DNA from: a virus
Reading direction: 5' to 3' (one strand)
IMG/VR virus record: IMGVR_UViG_3300035696_000005
Coordinates: 96,001-160,000 of that record
DNA: 64,000 bases
Shown piece by piece: positions 43,628-52,100 of this stretch. The notes beneath the pieces were generated by a model that did no database searches, was not told the origin of the DNA, and was given only the letters and a program-made list of their open reading frames with translations. Made by a program: the position numbers and the translations under genes. The stretch's first letter is position 1. Every line of letters begins with the position of its first letter.

Positions 43628-43689
43628 GTCCTTGTCCCTAGCTCTTAAACCCGAGGAGTCGAGCTACCCTCATAACAAGGAGATCCCTC

Positions 43690-44664
43690 ATGATGGCCTA
43701 CGAGTCGAATTTCGTCGTATCAATCGTTCACAACAACAAACCCCTCCGAGAATTCAATGAATGCGGTACCCGTGTTTGCCGAGTTCCGTTCAACTCAGAA
43801 TATAAGATCAGACTGAAGAGCAAGACCTGGAAACGGGCTCTCGCTGTAATCACTATCGACGGAACGGATGTTCTTTCGGGCGGTAAGGCTGTTCTTCTTT
43901 CCCCGTATCAAACGGTGGATCTTGAGCGCTTTGTCGACGACTTGGATGCTGGTCGTAAGTTCAAGTTCGTCTCTGTGGAAAAGGGTGCTATGACGGGTGA
44001 AGTTCAAGATCCGACTTCAGCAGAGAATGGCTGGATTCAGGTGGATGTCTATCCTGAGGTGGATGCGCCGAAAGTGTATCCCACTTCAGACACTGGAATT
44101 CCTATCTGCTCCACCAAAGACATGGGCAGTGTTTGTCGTAGTCGTGGCATGTCCACTAGTTTCTCTGTCGCTGCCGACAACGGAATCAATCTCAGCGGCG
44201 CTACGATGGATTTCATGAGCTGCTCAAATGAGTCTTTTGCTACCAATACTGTAGCTAACACTTTTTATACATCAGGGGCAGTCCCTACCCCCTGCTCTAT
44301 AAGTGGTGGTGTATCTGAGGAGCGATATCGAGCCATTTCTGACAAAGGCGCTACTGCCGAAGGAACTCATTCCGGTCAACAGTTTAGACTGGAAACGAAG
44401 AGCTTCGAGGTGGAGGAAAAGCCTGTGTCGATCAAGATCCTTCTTAAGGGTCCTAAGAGTGATCTGCAACAAGGAGTGCCAGCTACCGTGCCCAACACGA
44501 AGCCGGTCATTGTCTCCTTCCGTGATGGCAAGTACTACGTCTACTTGAACGGTAAGCTTGTTGATGGAATCACTAGCTGCCAAATCACAGACGGGATGGT
44601 CCACATTACAGGACGTAACGGACTATCTATTCAGACGGCAGATTATATGTTGGATTCGCAATAA
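43690..44664 (+). CDS. Conserved hypothetical beta-rich protein
   Basis: SEYKIRLK...AVITIDGTDVLSG...KFKFV; SD AAGGAG. Confidence 0.7.
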   Translation: MMAYESNFVVSIVHNNKPLREFNECGTRVCRVPFNSEYKIRLKSKTWKRALAVITIDGTDVLSGGKAVLLSPYQTVDLERFVDDLDAGRKFKFVSVEKGAMTGEVQDPTSAENGWIQVDVYPEVDAPKVYPTSDTGIPICSTKDMGSVCRSRGMSTSFSVAADNGINLSGATMDFMSCSNESFATNTVANTFYTSGAVPTPCSISGGVSEERYRAISDKGATAEGTHSGQQFRLETKSFEVEEKPVSIKILLKGPKSDLQQGVPATVPNTKPVIVSFRDGKYYVYLNGKLVDGITSCQITDGMVHITGRNGLSIQTADYMLDSQ

Positions 44665-44666
44665 TT

Positions 44667-44696
44667 AAAAAAGAGGGGCACCATTTGGTGCCCCTC
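44667..44696. terminator. Bidirectional terminator between convergent genes
   Basis: GAGGGGCACC/GGTGCCCCTC stem. Confidence 0.7.
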
Positions 44697-44700
44697 AATC

Positions 44701-46335
44701 TTACAACTCAACCGAATTAACAACTGATTCGACATCCATTCCAAGCGTACCTACAGCTCCGAATAAGGCTGGAGTGAGCGTGTTATACACAATCATGGAA
44801 TCACAGTTTGGAACTGCCGACCAAGGATTTGAAGCTTGGTTGATCAGAATCAGCTTTGAACGTGAATTGACATTCTTTTGATACTTCAAGAATGCCTGAT
44901 CCAGCGGTGTTCCCTGATTTTGGGCTTCATCGGTGATGATGATGAACTTATCCACATGCTTATCTTCAGCCAACGCTTTTTCGATAATCATGGCCGGGTT
45001 GGTATAGCCAGCAGCATAAGGATATTCAAGTACCATCTTCATGTCGGTCTTACGGTTTCCAGTCCAGCGAGGAAATGCTGCAGCACCACGAGATGCCCCA
45101 ACGGAGCTTCCTTCGAAATGAAGCCTGCTATTTTCAAACCAGCTAAACCGAACGTCTCTAGCTTTACCATAGAATGCGTAAGCAAAAACGTTAGCAACTA
45201 GATACGACCATTGGTCAGAGTTTCCAAGACCACCGCGCATTGAGCCTGAGCTGTCAACACTGACTTCAATAACGTCATCAGCGATCCCATCGATTGGAGT
45301 GTCGAAAGAAGAAGCTAAAGCTTCAGCCTGGATTCCCTTGATCTGTGGATGACTCGTATGAACGTAGCTCTTGACGATGTCCAGCGGATTCATCCTTCCG
45401 CGCACAATAGCTTCAGGAGAAAGCATCTCACGATACTTCTCGATCGCACCGGTGAGCTCGAATACGCCGTGCTCGATGAATGAACGAGTATTCAAAAGAA
45501 GACCTTGAGTACCGCAGCTCATCATCAATGCAAACCACCAGCGTGGGTTGCTGCAAGGGACTGGCTTAAGCGTATCAAACGGAAGCTTATTCTCCAGGAT
45601 GATTCGACCCACAGCATCCAAATCGAAGTTCGGACGCTGCGCCATCGAGAGCACCTGCTCGTATGCCTTCTGCTGTGTTCCGTAAGGAACACCCTTACGG
45701 GTTCCTTCCTGCCCAGGGAACACGTAATCAAGCAGCGGGTTATTCCAGTCCGGGTGAGTCAAGCGAAGGAGGATTCGCATGTCATCCTTGTACTGGATCG
45801 TATAGCGCTCAAGCTTCTCAGGGCTCCAGCTCTTCATGACCTTACCGACCCAGCCTTGCTGGCGGTAGCCGAGACCCTTCGTGTACTTCTTTTGCATCTC
45901 GACATATTCCCGAAGCTGCTTCGGGTGATAAGTCGAAAGAAGATCCACAATGACGTCCCTGTAGTCAGCACAGAAGTCCTTGTTTGCGGACAGCGCAATA
46001 ACGCCAAGCTTAGGCGACATCTTGATATTGCTTCGACGAGCAAGCACAAGCGCCTTAAGCAGAAACAGAGGGTTGGTCTGTGCTGCTTCAGAGAACCTCT
46101 TTAGCATCTCGGAGGCTTGCTTATCTGCATCGCTGTAATACGTATTTCCAATCACACCGCACTGAGACATACGGAAAATATCACGAGCAAACGAAGGAGT
46201 GAATGCCGCGTATCCATGAGGATTGGTTGTGGTCGGAGTTTTTCCGCTTGCGTGCTTTTCCATAAGCTTTCCGCCACGGCTTGAAGCAGGCTTTGGTTCC
46301 CGGGTATTTCGAAATGCGTCGACGTTGTTTGCCAT
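44701..46335 (-). CDS. rsr: Ro60/TROVE-domain RNA-binding protein (Rsr-like)
   Basis: TTTNPHGYAAF, NTYY, FLLKALVLAR...MSPKL TROVE helices; C-terminal vWA VSVDSSGSM...FIIITDE; SD GGGAG before ATG 46335. Confidence 0.85.
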   Translation of the reverse strand: MANNVDAFRNTREPKPASSRGGKLMEKHASGKTPTTTNPHGYAAFTPSFARDIFRMSQCGVIGNTYYSDADKQASEMLKRFSEAAQTNPLFLLKALVLARRSNIKMSPKLGVIALSANKDFCADYRDVIVDLLSTYHPKQLREYVEMQKKYTKGLGYRQQGWVGKVMKSWSPEKLERYTIQYKDDMRILLRLTHPDWNNPLLDYVFPGQEGTRKGVPYGTQQKAYEQVLSMAQRPNFDLDAVGRIILENKLPFDTLKPVPCSNPRWWFALMMSCGTQGLLLNTRSFIEHGVFELTGAIEKYREMLSPEAIVRGRMNPLDIVKSYVHTSHPQIKGIQAEALASSFDTPIDGIADDVIEVSVDSSGSMRGGLGNSDQWSYLVANVFAYAFYGKARDVRFSWFENSRLHFEGSSVGASRGAAAFPRWTGNRKTDMKMVLEYPYAAGYTNPAMIIEKALAEDKHVDKFIIITDEAQNQGTPLDQAFLKYQKNVNSRSKLILINQASNPWSAVPNCDSMIVYNTLTPALFGAVGTLGMDVESVVNSVEL

Positions 46336-46350
46336 AAATCTCCCTACATA

Positions 46351-46396
46351 AAAAAAGAGAGGGACATAGCTTGCACAATGCAAGGTGGCCCCTCTC
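46351..46396 (-). terminator. Terminator between Y-RNA-like array and Ro60
   Basis: AGAGAGGG/CCCTCTCT outer stem followed by U6. Confidence 0.65.
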
Positions 46397-46408
46397 TGAG
46401 TTGAAAGA

Positions 46409-46471
46409 GCCACTGTGAATTGTAGAACCGGTTTTTCGTTTCAAGTGATGAACGGTTCCACGAAGAGTGGC
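46409..46471 (-). ncRNA. Y-RNA-like unit 4
   Basis: GCCACT/AGTGGC outer stem; GTGGAACCG/CGGTTCTAC inner stem; AACCGTTCATC motif. Confidence 0.7.
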
Positions 46472-46491
46472 GAACTTGGTACTTCAATTGT

Positions 46492-46624
46492 TTTACTACT
46501 ATAAACGGATCAACCGGTTTTTAGCGTCCTAGCCATTAGACGACCTAGACCAAGGTCTTGGGTGAGATTCGAACTCACATTTCCATCTTGTGTAGATGAA
46601 CGGTTAATTAACCAGAGTAGTAAA
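46492..46624 (-). ncRNA. YrlA-like Y RNA (unit 3) with a circularly permuted tRNA module
   Basis: TTTACTACT/AGTAGTAAA outer stem; order T arm (GTGAG-TTCGAAT-CTCAC), closed acceptor (CCAAGAC-CTTG-GTCTAGG), D arm (GTC-TAATGGCTAG-GAC). Confidence 0.8.
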
Positions 46625-46639
46625 TTTTCAAACAACAAA

Positions 46640-46699
46640 GCTACTGTGAATCGGACAACCGGTGTTCAGTGTATAGATGAACGGTTATCCAAGAGTAGC
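46640..46699 (-). ncRNA. Y-RNA-like unit 2
   Basis: GCTACT/AGTAGC; GGATAACCG/CGGTTGTCC; TTCA/TGAA. Confidence 0.7.
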
Positions 46700-46720
46700 G
46701 AACTTCAAAAACTTTTTGTG

Positions 46721-46789
46721 GGGAGCTACTGTGTTTTGATCAACCGGTTTTCATTTTTGCCGATGAACGGTTAATCGAGAGTAGCTCCC
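46721..46789 (-). ncRNA. Y-RNA-like unit 1
   Basis: GGGAGCTACT/AGTAGCTCCC 10-bp stem; same internal motifs; starts just after TATAAG at 46798-46803. Confidence 0.7.
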
Positions 46790-46845
46790 TCAACTTACTT
46801 ATAACAGAGTACCGGAAGATTGTTCCTAGTCAACTCTTTTTTAAA

Positions 46846-46938
46846 TGGCGGAGAAAGCTGGACTCGAACCAGATCCGGTCAAAGCCGGACTCAGAGTTTA
46901 GCAAACTCGCTATGCCGCCCGAGCATAGTTCATTCTCC
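46846..46938 (-). tRNA. tRNA-Ser(GCU)
   Basis: Loop TTGCTAA; long variable arm; G73. Confidence 0.9.
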
Positions 46939-46943
46939 AAATA

Positions 46944-47033
46944 TGGCGGAGGGTTACGGAGTCGAACCGTCACGCTTTCGCGTGTGGTGCCTGTTTTCAA
47001 GACAGGTAGTCGTCCACACAACACAAACCCTCC
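46944..47033 (-). tRNA. tRNA-Ser(UGA)
   Basis: CCTGT-CTTGAAA-ACAGG; long variable arm. Confidence 0.9.
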
Positions 47034-47040
47034 AAACTTT

Positions 47041-47114
47041 TGGTTGGGCTACTCTGGATCGAACAGAGGTTAACACCTTCAGAGAGTGCAGTCTTGCCAC
47101 TAGACGATAGCCCA
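47041..47114 (-). tRNA. tRNA-Gln(CUG)
   Basis: GCACT-CTCTGAA-GGTGT. Confidence 0.88.
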
Positions 47115-47122
47115 ACATAAAC

Positions 47123-47196
47123 TGGTAGGGGATACCCGTGCTGCCCGGGTGCGACAACTTTCAAAGAGTTGCAGGCTACTGTTACCTCAATCCCCA
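47123..47196 (-). tRNA. tRNA-Gln(UUG)
   Basis: CAACT-CTTTGAA-AGTTG. Confidence 0.88.
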
Positions 47197-47208
47197 ACAT
47201 CAAAACTA

Positions 47209-47284
47209 TGGTGCCGCGAATCCGGATCGAACGGATACCTCTTGCTCTTCAGGCGAGCGTGCAGACCAACTACACCATCCCGGC
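47209..47284 (-). tRNA. tRNA-Phe(GAA)
   Basis: Loop CTGAAGA. Confidence 0.9.
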
Positions 47285-47296
47285 ACATTAAAATTT

Positions 47297-47383
47297 TGGT
47301 GCCCGCATAAGGAGTCGAACCTTATTGCCCCGAAGAGAACGCGTTTACAGCGCGCCGAGTTCACCGGAACTCTCACTGCAGGC
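47297..47383 (-). tRNA. tRNA-Tyr(GUA)
   Basis: GCGCG-CTGTAAA-CGCGT; variable arm. Confidence 0.9.
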
Positions 47384-47393
47384 ACATTAAACT

Positions 47394-47469
47394 TGGCGCA
47401 TGGGTTGAGACTCGAACTCAACTTTCCCGAGTTAACAGCTCGGTTCCATCACCCGATGGATACCCATGC
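47394..47469 (-). tRNA. tRNA-Asn(GUU)
   Basis: CCGAG-CTGTTAA-CTCGG. Confidence 0.9.
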
Positions 47470-47470
47470 A

Positions 47471-47548
47471 TGGCTGCGGGAGCTGGGATCGAACCAGCCT
47501 CATTTCGCATTAACAGTGCGACGCACTCACCCTGAACGCTATCCCGCA
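47471..47548 (-). tRNA. tRNA-Asn(GUU), second copy
   Basis: TCGCA-CTGTTAA-TGCGA. Confidence 0.88.
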
Positions 47549-47901
47549 ACATCTAACTTTTCATGCTCCTCTGCGTGACAATTCAAACACAGTAGGACAC
47601 ATTTCTTTGCTTCAGCCAACACAGCCTTGTAAGAGCGCGTAATTCCTTTATTCGATACTCCGAAATCTTTCTTACTAGGGTCCGTATGGTGAAAACTTAG
47701 TGCTCCGTTACATTTGTTATAACCACACTTAGTACATTTACCTCCAAACTCATTAAGAAGCATTTCTTTTACACGCCTTCGTCGTCGTGCAACTGCTTCT
47801 GACCTGCATCTTACGCAGCGGTAATGCTGCTCACACTTAACGAAAATAAAGCTAGTTTTTCCATGCTTGCTGCAAACTCGATCAATATACTTTGTGGGCA
47901 T
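47539..47901 (-). mobile_element. HNH homing endonuclease (leaderless)
   Basis: CTKCGY...LSFHH.DP...KCVLLCLNCH; TATGAT-7-ATG. Confidence 0.85.
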
Positions 47902-47934
47902 GTTGGTTATCATAACACGTTAACCAACCTCCAT

Positions 47935-47979
47935 AGCTAAAAACAAAAACCCCGGCTAACTTTCGCTAGCCGGGGTTTT
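47935..47979 (-). terminator. Terminator/attenuator upstream of HNH and second tRNA array
   Basis: AAAACCCCGGCTA/TAGCCGGGGTTTT + TGTTTTTAGCT. Confidence 0.8.
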
Positions 47980-48002
47980 GAGTTCTTGTCTATTCGTAAT
48001 CT

Positions 48003-48074
48003 TTAGACGCGAACGCTCCCCGACCAGCTTTGCTGGTTACTATTAAAATAGCTTGAGGAGAAGTTCTTAGTCAT
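48003..48074 (-). CDS. 23-aa leaderless peptide
   Basis: TTGCAC-17-TAGGAT-7-ATG; MTKNFSSSYFNSNQQSWSGSVRV*. Confidence 0.55.
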   Translation of the reverse strand: MTKNFSSSYFNSNQQSWSGSVRV

Positions 48075-48084
48075 AAATACGATC

Positions 48085-48339
48085 CTAAGCGGGATTTTCC
48101 GTTTGTGCAACAACTTTCTTTTGTGTGGGTCTAGGCTTCTTTTTCGGAGGCAAATACCCAAACCCATAAGCCGTATTACCGATACCGATGACCACCCAAG
48201 GACCCGGAGTTTCGCCGTAGTCAAGGAAGAGCTGCGCCTTGTGCGGGTTCGGAATGTTTTTCACCGCAACCTGAAATTGCGGTGCTCTTTTGTTTGTGAG
48301 CGCTTTCTCTGTGTTGATCGTAACGAGTTCTTTAGCCAT
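48085..48339 (-). CDS. Hypothetical protein
   Basis: SD GGAGG. Confidence 0.65.
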   Translation of the reverse strand: MAKELVTINTEKALTNKRAPQFQVAVKNIPNPHKAQLFLDYGETPGPWVVIGIGNTAYGFGYLPPKKKPRPTQKKVVAQTENPA

Positions 48340-48364
48340 GTGAATCCTCCACAAGGCTTATAAC

Positions 48365-48556
48365 TTATTTTCGAGTTTTCTTGGGTGGCGGGTAATCTCG
48401 GGCTAGCGAGTATTTGTTGATCCAGTTTCTGAGAGTTCTGACACTGATACCGAGAAGCTCTGCCGCCTCTGTCCTATTTCCTTTGGTCTGTGTGAGTGCA
48501 GCTTCTGCAAGTTTCTTAAGTTGCTTATCGACGTTGAATGCGTTGTTGTTTGCCAT
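48365..48556 (-). CDS. Fis-family (HTH_8) DNA-binding protein
   Basis: ALTQTKGNRTEAAELLGISVRTLRNWINKY. Confidence 0.9.
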   Translation of the reverse strand: MANNNAFNVDKQLKKLAEAALTQTKGNRTEAAELLGISVRTLRNWINKYSLARDYPPPKKTRK

Positions 48557-48825
48557 TAGTCCAAGTACCTCACTTCGGTACGCCCATCATGGCTGTGGAG
48601 CTTTTCAAGCTGCGCAACGCTGTGACAGAACTCCATGCTCTTTTCGACCGAGAGCCACTCAACGATTACGAAGCCACTCGGGAAGATAAGACCAGTTGCA
48701 ATGTAGCCGCAACCGCTGTTTCCTGAAACGTCTTCTTTTCTGTAGAGGGCTATCTTTCGTGTAAGAGGGACTTCTTTTTCTGGGTTATGAAGGGAGCTAG
48801 CAATCTTACCTTTGGTTTTTGCCAT
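48556..48825 (-). CDS. Conserved phage hypothetical (leaderless)
   Basis: LYRKEDVSGNSGCGYIATG..F.SG...W; TTGACA-17-TATATT-6-ATG. Confidence 0.7.
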   Translation of the reverse strand: MAKTKGKIASSLHNPEKEVPLTRKIALYRKEDVSGNSGCGYIATGLIFPSGFVIVEWLSVEKSMEFCHSVAQLEKLHSHDGRTEVRYLD

Positions 48826-48896
48826 AAGCCCAATATACCTCGGCAAAACTTGCCTGTCAAAAGAGCTAAAAAAAGAGGGAGCCCCGAAGGGCTCCC

Positions 48897-49112
48897 TCAG
48901 AAGGTGAATGTCACCTTTGTCCTCACCTCAGTCTCTTTGGCACCTTTGAAAAGCTTCTGCAACCTGTAGCCGTGTTGCTGCAGCATCTCAAGTCTAGTAA
49001 TCACATCTTTCTTAGAGGCGATAGTCTCATAGTTAAGACTACCGTTCTCAACAGAATAGATGAGCACATAGACGCCCGCATCTCGGGTAGTGTCGTTTGA
49101 CTGAGTTTCCAT
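48897..49112 (-). CDS. Hypothetical protein
   Basis: SD AAGGAG. Confidence 0.6.
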   Translation of the reverse strand: METQSNDTTRDAGVYVLIYSVENGSLNYETIASKKDVITRLEMLQQHGYRLQKLFKGAKETEVRTKVTFTF

Positions 49113-49134
49113 AGTGATTCTCCTTACCCTTAGA

Positions 49135-52100
49135 TTACTCGTTCACGGCAATTTTTGCCACAATATTTTGTGGCACTACCTCAAGCGAGGTTGTCGTGAG
49201 TTCTTTGGGGGAGATCTTGCTTGGAGTAAACCCAAGTGACTCAAGCTTAATTGCCCAGCAATAGTGCCTGTTTCCTTGGGGTGTGGTCACATACTTCGTA
49301 TTGGAAGTGCTCTTGGGGTCGTGCATACCAGGAGGAATATGCCCATCCTCAAGAAGCTGTCTTCCAATATGATGCTTACTCTGTGACCAGCTCTTGGATT
49401 TGTTGAGATGGGTCTCGACTTCTCCGTGAGCGGTGCCCGGGTAGATATAAACTACATCAGGCGTTTTCTCACGATAAAAGCCAAGTGCCTTTGAGCTCTT
49501 GTGCTCCGAAGGATCGTGCTCGCCCCAATTGATAATATGGTAGCGGGCAGGATCTTGAAGAAGCTCTTTAATTGAGTCCAAGAAAAGAGCTGCGGCACGC
49601 TGAGAGCCTGCGTTAGAGATGATTGTCTCACGACAGATCTCAAGGTTCTTTAGATGCCTCGCACAGAATTCATCCTTTCGTTTGTCTGGAATTACTCCCT
49701 TATCAACGAGAAGATCCATGATGAGTCTAAAGCCCGTCATATTGAATGCCAGGTTCTCGGAGATGCGGTAGCTGTTCTCTTTGACACCGGCTTCTTTATT
49801 TCTTTGTTCGAAGTAGGCAAGATACTCGTTGTAGATTCTCCTGACTTCTTCTTCGGTCATGTTGTACACGAACTGAATGAAGTAAGGGGTAAATCCGCAA
49901 TAGTCAATTCGTCTGTCCCGAACTTTGTTTCCCTTCTCAACGTTCATGCAGTTTTTCCCTGCATCAACCATGATCATGCGAGAAACAACGCTTGCTTCTT
50001 CAAGGGGACAGTCTTCTCCGGTAGTAGCCACAAGGCTTCTCACCCGAGTCGTCTTGTCCCTAAGCTCCCCATGCCTCTGAAGCGCCTGCCGACCAGAACG
50101 ATCGTAGGCATTCTGAATAAACTCCATCATCTGTTTGGTGTTGTGTTCATTCAAAGACTTCTTGAAGTCATCCATCACGAAGAATGCATCTCTGAATTTA
50201 TGCGCAATCTGAAGCTTGGCTAGTCCAGTGCTCTTCATGCCAGTCAGGCTTGAGAAGTTACCGTAAAAGCATTGCGCCATTTCAGCGATGAAGCTTTTTC
50301 CGTTTCCGAAGGAGCCCCCAATCCAAAGAACAGGGCTTTTCGTAAGCGGAATGTGAGACATGATGGAAGCAGCCATGGCGTGAGCAAAGAGCGCCATAGT
50401 TGCAATAGAAGAGTTACACTCGAAGTAATCCGTGATGATGTGAAGGGAAAGATCCTTGAATTGGCTTTCGTCAATGATCTTGAAGTCAAGAGACTTGCAA
50501 GTATCGTCGCTGAACTCCAGCTCAAACTCATCGTTTGGACGAATATAGTCTTTGGTAATAATCACCGAAGGAGAGATGTAAGCGTGCTCTCCTTTGATCA
50601 TGTAGTGACCAAAGTCTTCGACCTTTTTGCGGATGACTTTCAAGTCCTTGCTGAATGTTCCGATACAGTTACGAATCGCGTTGAAGTCTTGCGTTTCGTA
50701 CTGAACTTCTGTTCCAGCACGGTTCATGATGAACGTGAAAAATGCTTCCGAGCTTCTAAGCCATTCATCTGAGGCGGTCTTGAAAGTGTAGTGCTTTGTT
50801 CCAACATGAATAATGCCCTTGACCCACCTATGTTCGATGGTCTGTTCTTCTTTGGGATCATCGAGATCTTTAGGCTTAATCAGCGTAATTTCCTCTTTGA
50901 TCTCAATTGTGAAGTTGGTGATTGGAAGCGTCGACGGACTTCCATCCAGAGCTCTTGAAATCTGAACGTATCCTCCGTCTTTTTGCATGTAATCTTTGCC
51001 GTGGAAAGAGAAGTGCGGGTGGGTCTTTTTATCGATCTTTACCGCCTCTTCTTTAATCTCTTTGGCAACGATCTTCCTAAGCTGCTTTGCCTCTTTCTCC
51101 GGCATGTACTTCTTTACGGCAACGTAGCTATGGAAAGCACCGCCATCTTCTGGATCGAGCTTGCCAGCTGATGCGTAGATTTCTTTCACTCGAACAGCCA
51201 GATCTTCTGGCTCCGGTTCTTTCTTTTCTCTAAAAGAAAACAAAGCATCCAAAGCCTTAGTGAGCTGATCAAGAGTCATGTATCCGCTGGCAAAGCGAAC
51301 CGGACTAGGATCTTTCCACTCACTCTCCGGAAGATTATCTGGATTAACCACATACTGGTTATTCCGCATCTCTCCCGGCGGTATCTTCTTCATGCAGTGG
51401 TCCCGCTTAACCGGATGGGTACCGATTCGGCAAAGTCCTGATTCCTGCATTGCCTTACAAGTCCATGGATGTTGAGTTGATTCTAAGGCGTAATCGATCT
51501 CAGCCTCAATGCTGATGGATTTCCAGCGGTCTCTGACGATCTCAAGGCCGTTTTCCGTTGCAGCAGCAAAGGCAATAGATGCAGTCCGGTGATTGTGGTC
51601 GCCTTTAGCATCTGGTCCAATCTTGTACCTACCCGCTTCATCCTTTTCCCAGAACTGCTTTAGAGCTGGGCACCTCTCGACCACTTTCCAAAAGTCACCG
51701 CGTGGTGGAATGGGCTCTCGATTTTCCTTATCTGTTCCTGCGTTTGCAGCAGCCCTTCGACTTCTGCTCACCGGAACATTCAGAACTTCGATTTTTTGCT
51801 CAGCAATCACCTTCTCCAATTGCTCAAGAGTGATCTCTTTGCAGTTCGTAAAGTAGGACCACTGCTCATCTGTAGGGATTGGCTTTGCATCGTCGTCCAC
51901 CCAACAGTTGAACCCCTCCTTAATCTTAGGCTCAATCATTGGGATCTTGATACCATTACCAGGTTTTGCAGGATCGTAGTTCACCTGTTTCGGGAAAGTC
52001 TCAGGAATTTTCATCTCGATGTTTTCTTGATACCGAGCAGTGAATCCGACTTTCTCGTAAATGTGGTGAATTAAGCTTGTAAAAAGATGGGCTGGAACCG

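Noticed and set aside
46336-46413. N-terminal extension of Ro60 given by the ORF track
   Set aside because: It runs through the terminator hairpin and Y unit 4; the SD supports ATG 46335.
46409-46789. CRISPR array
   Set aside because: The units are self-complementary imperfect repeats of unequal length, with no identical direct repeats, unique spacers or cas genes.
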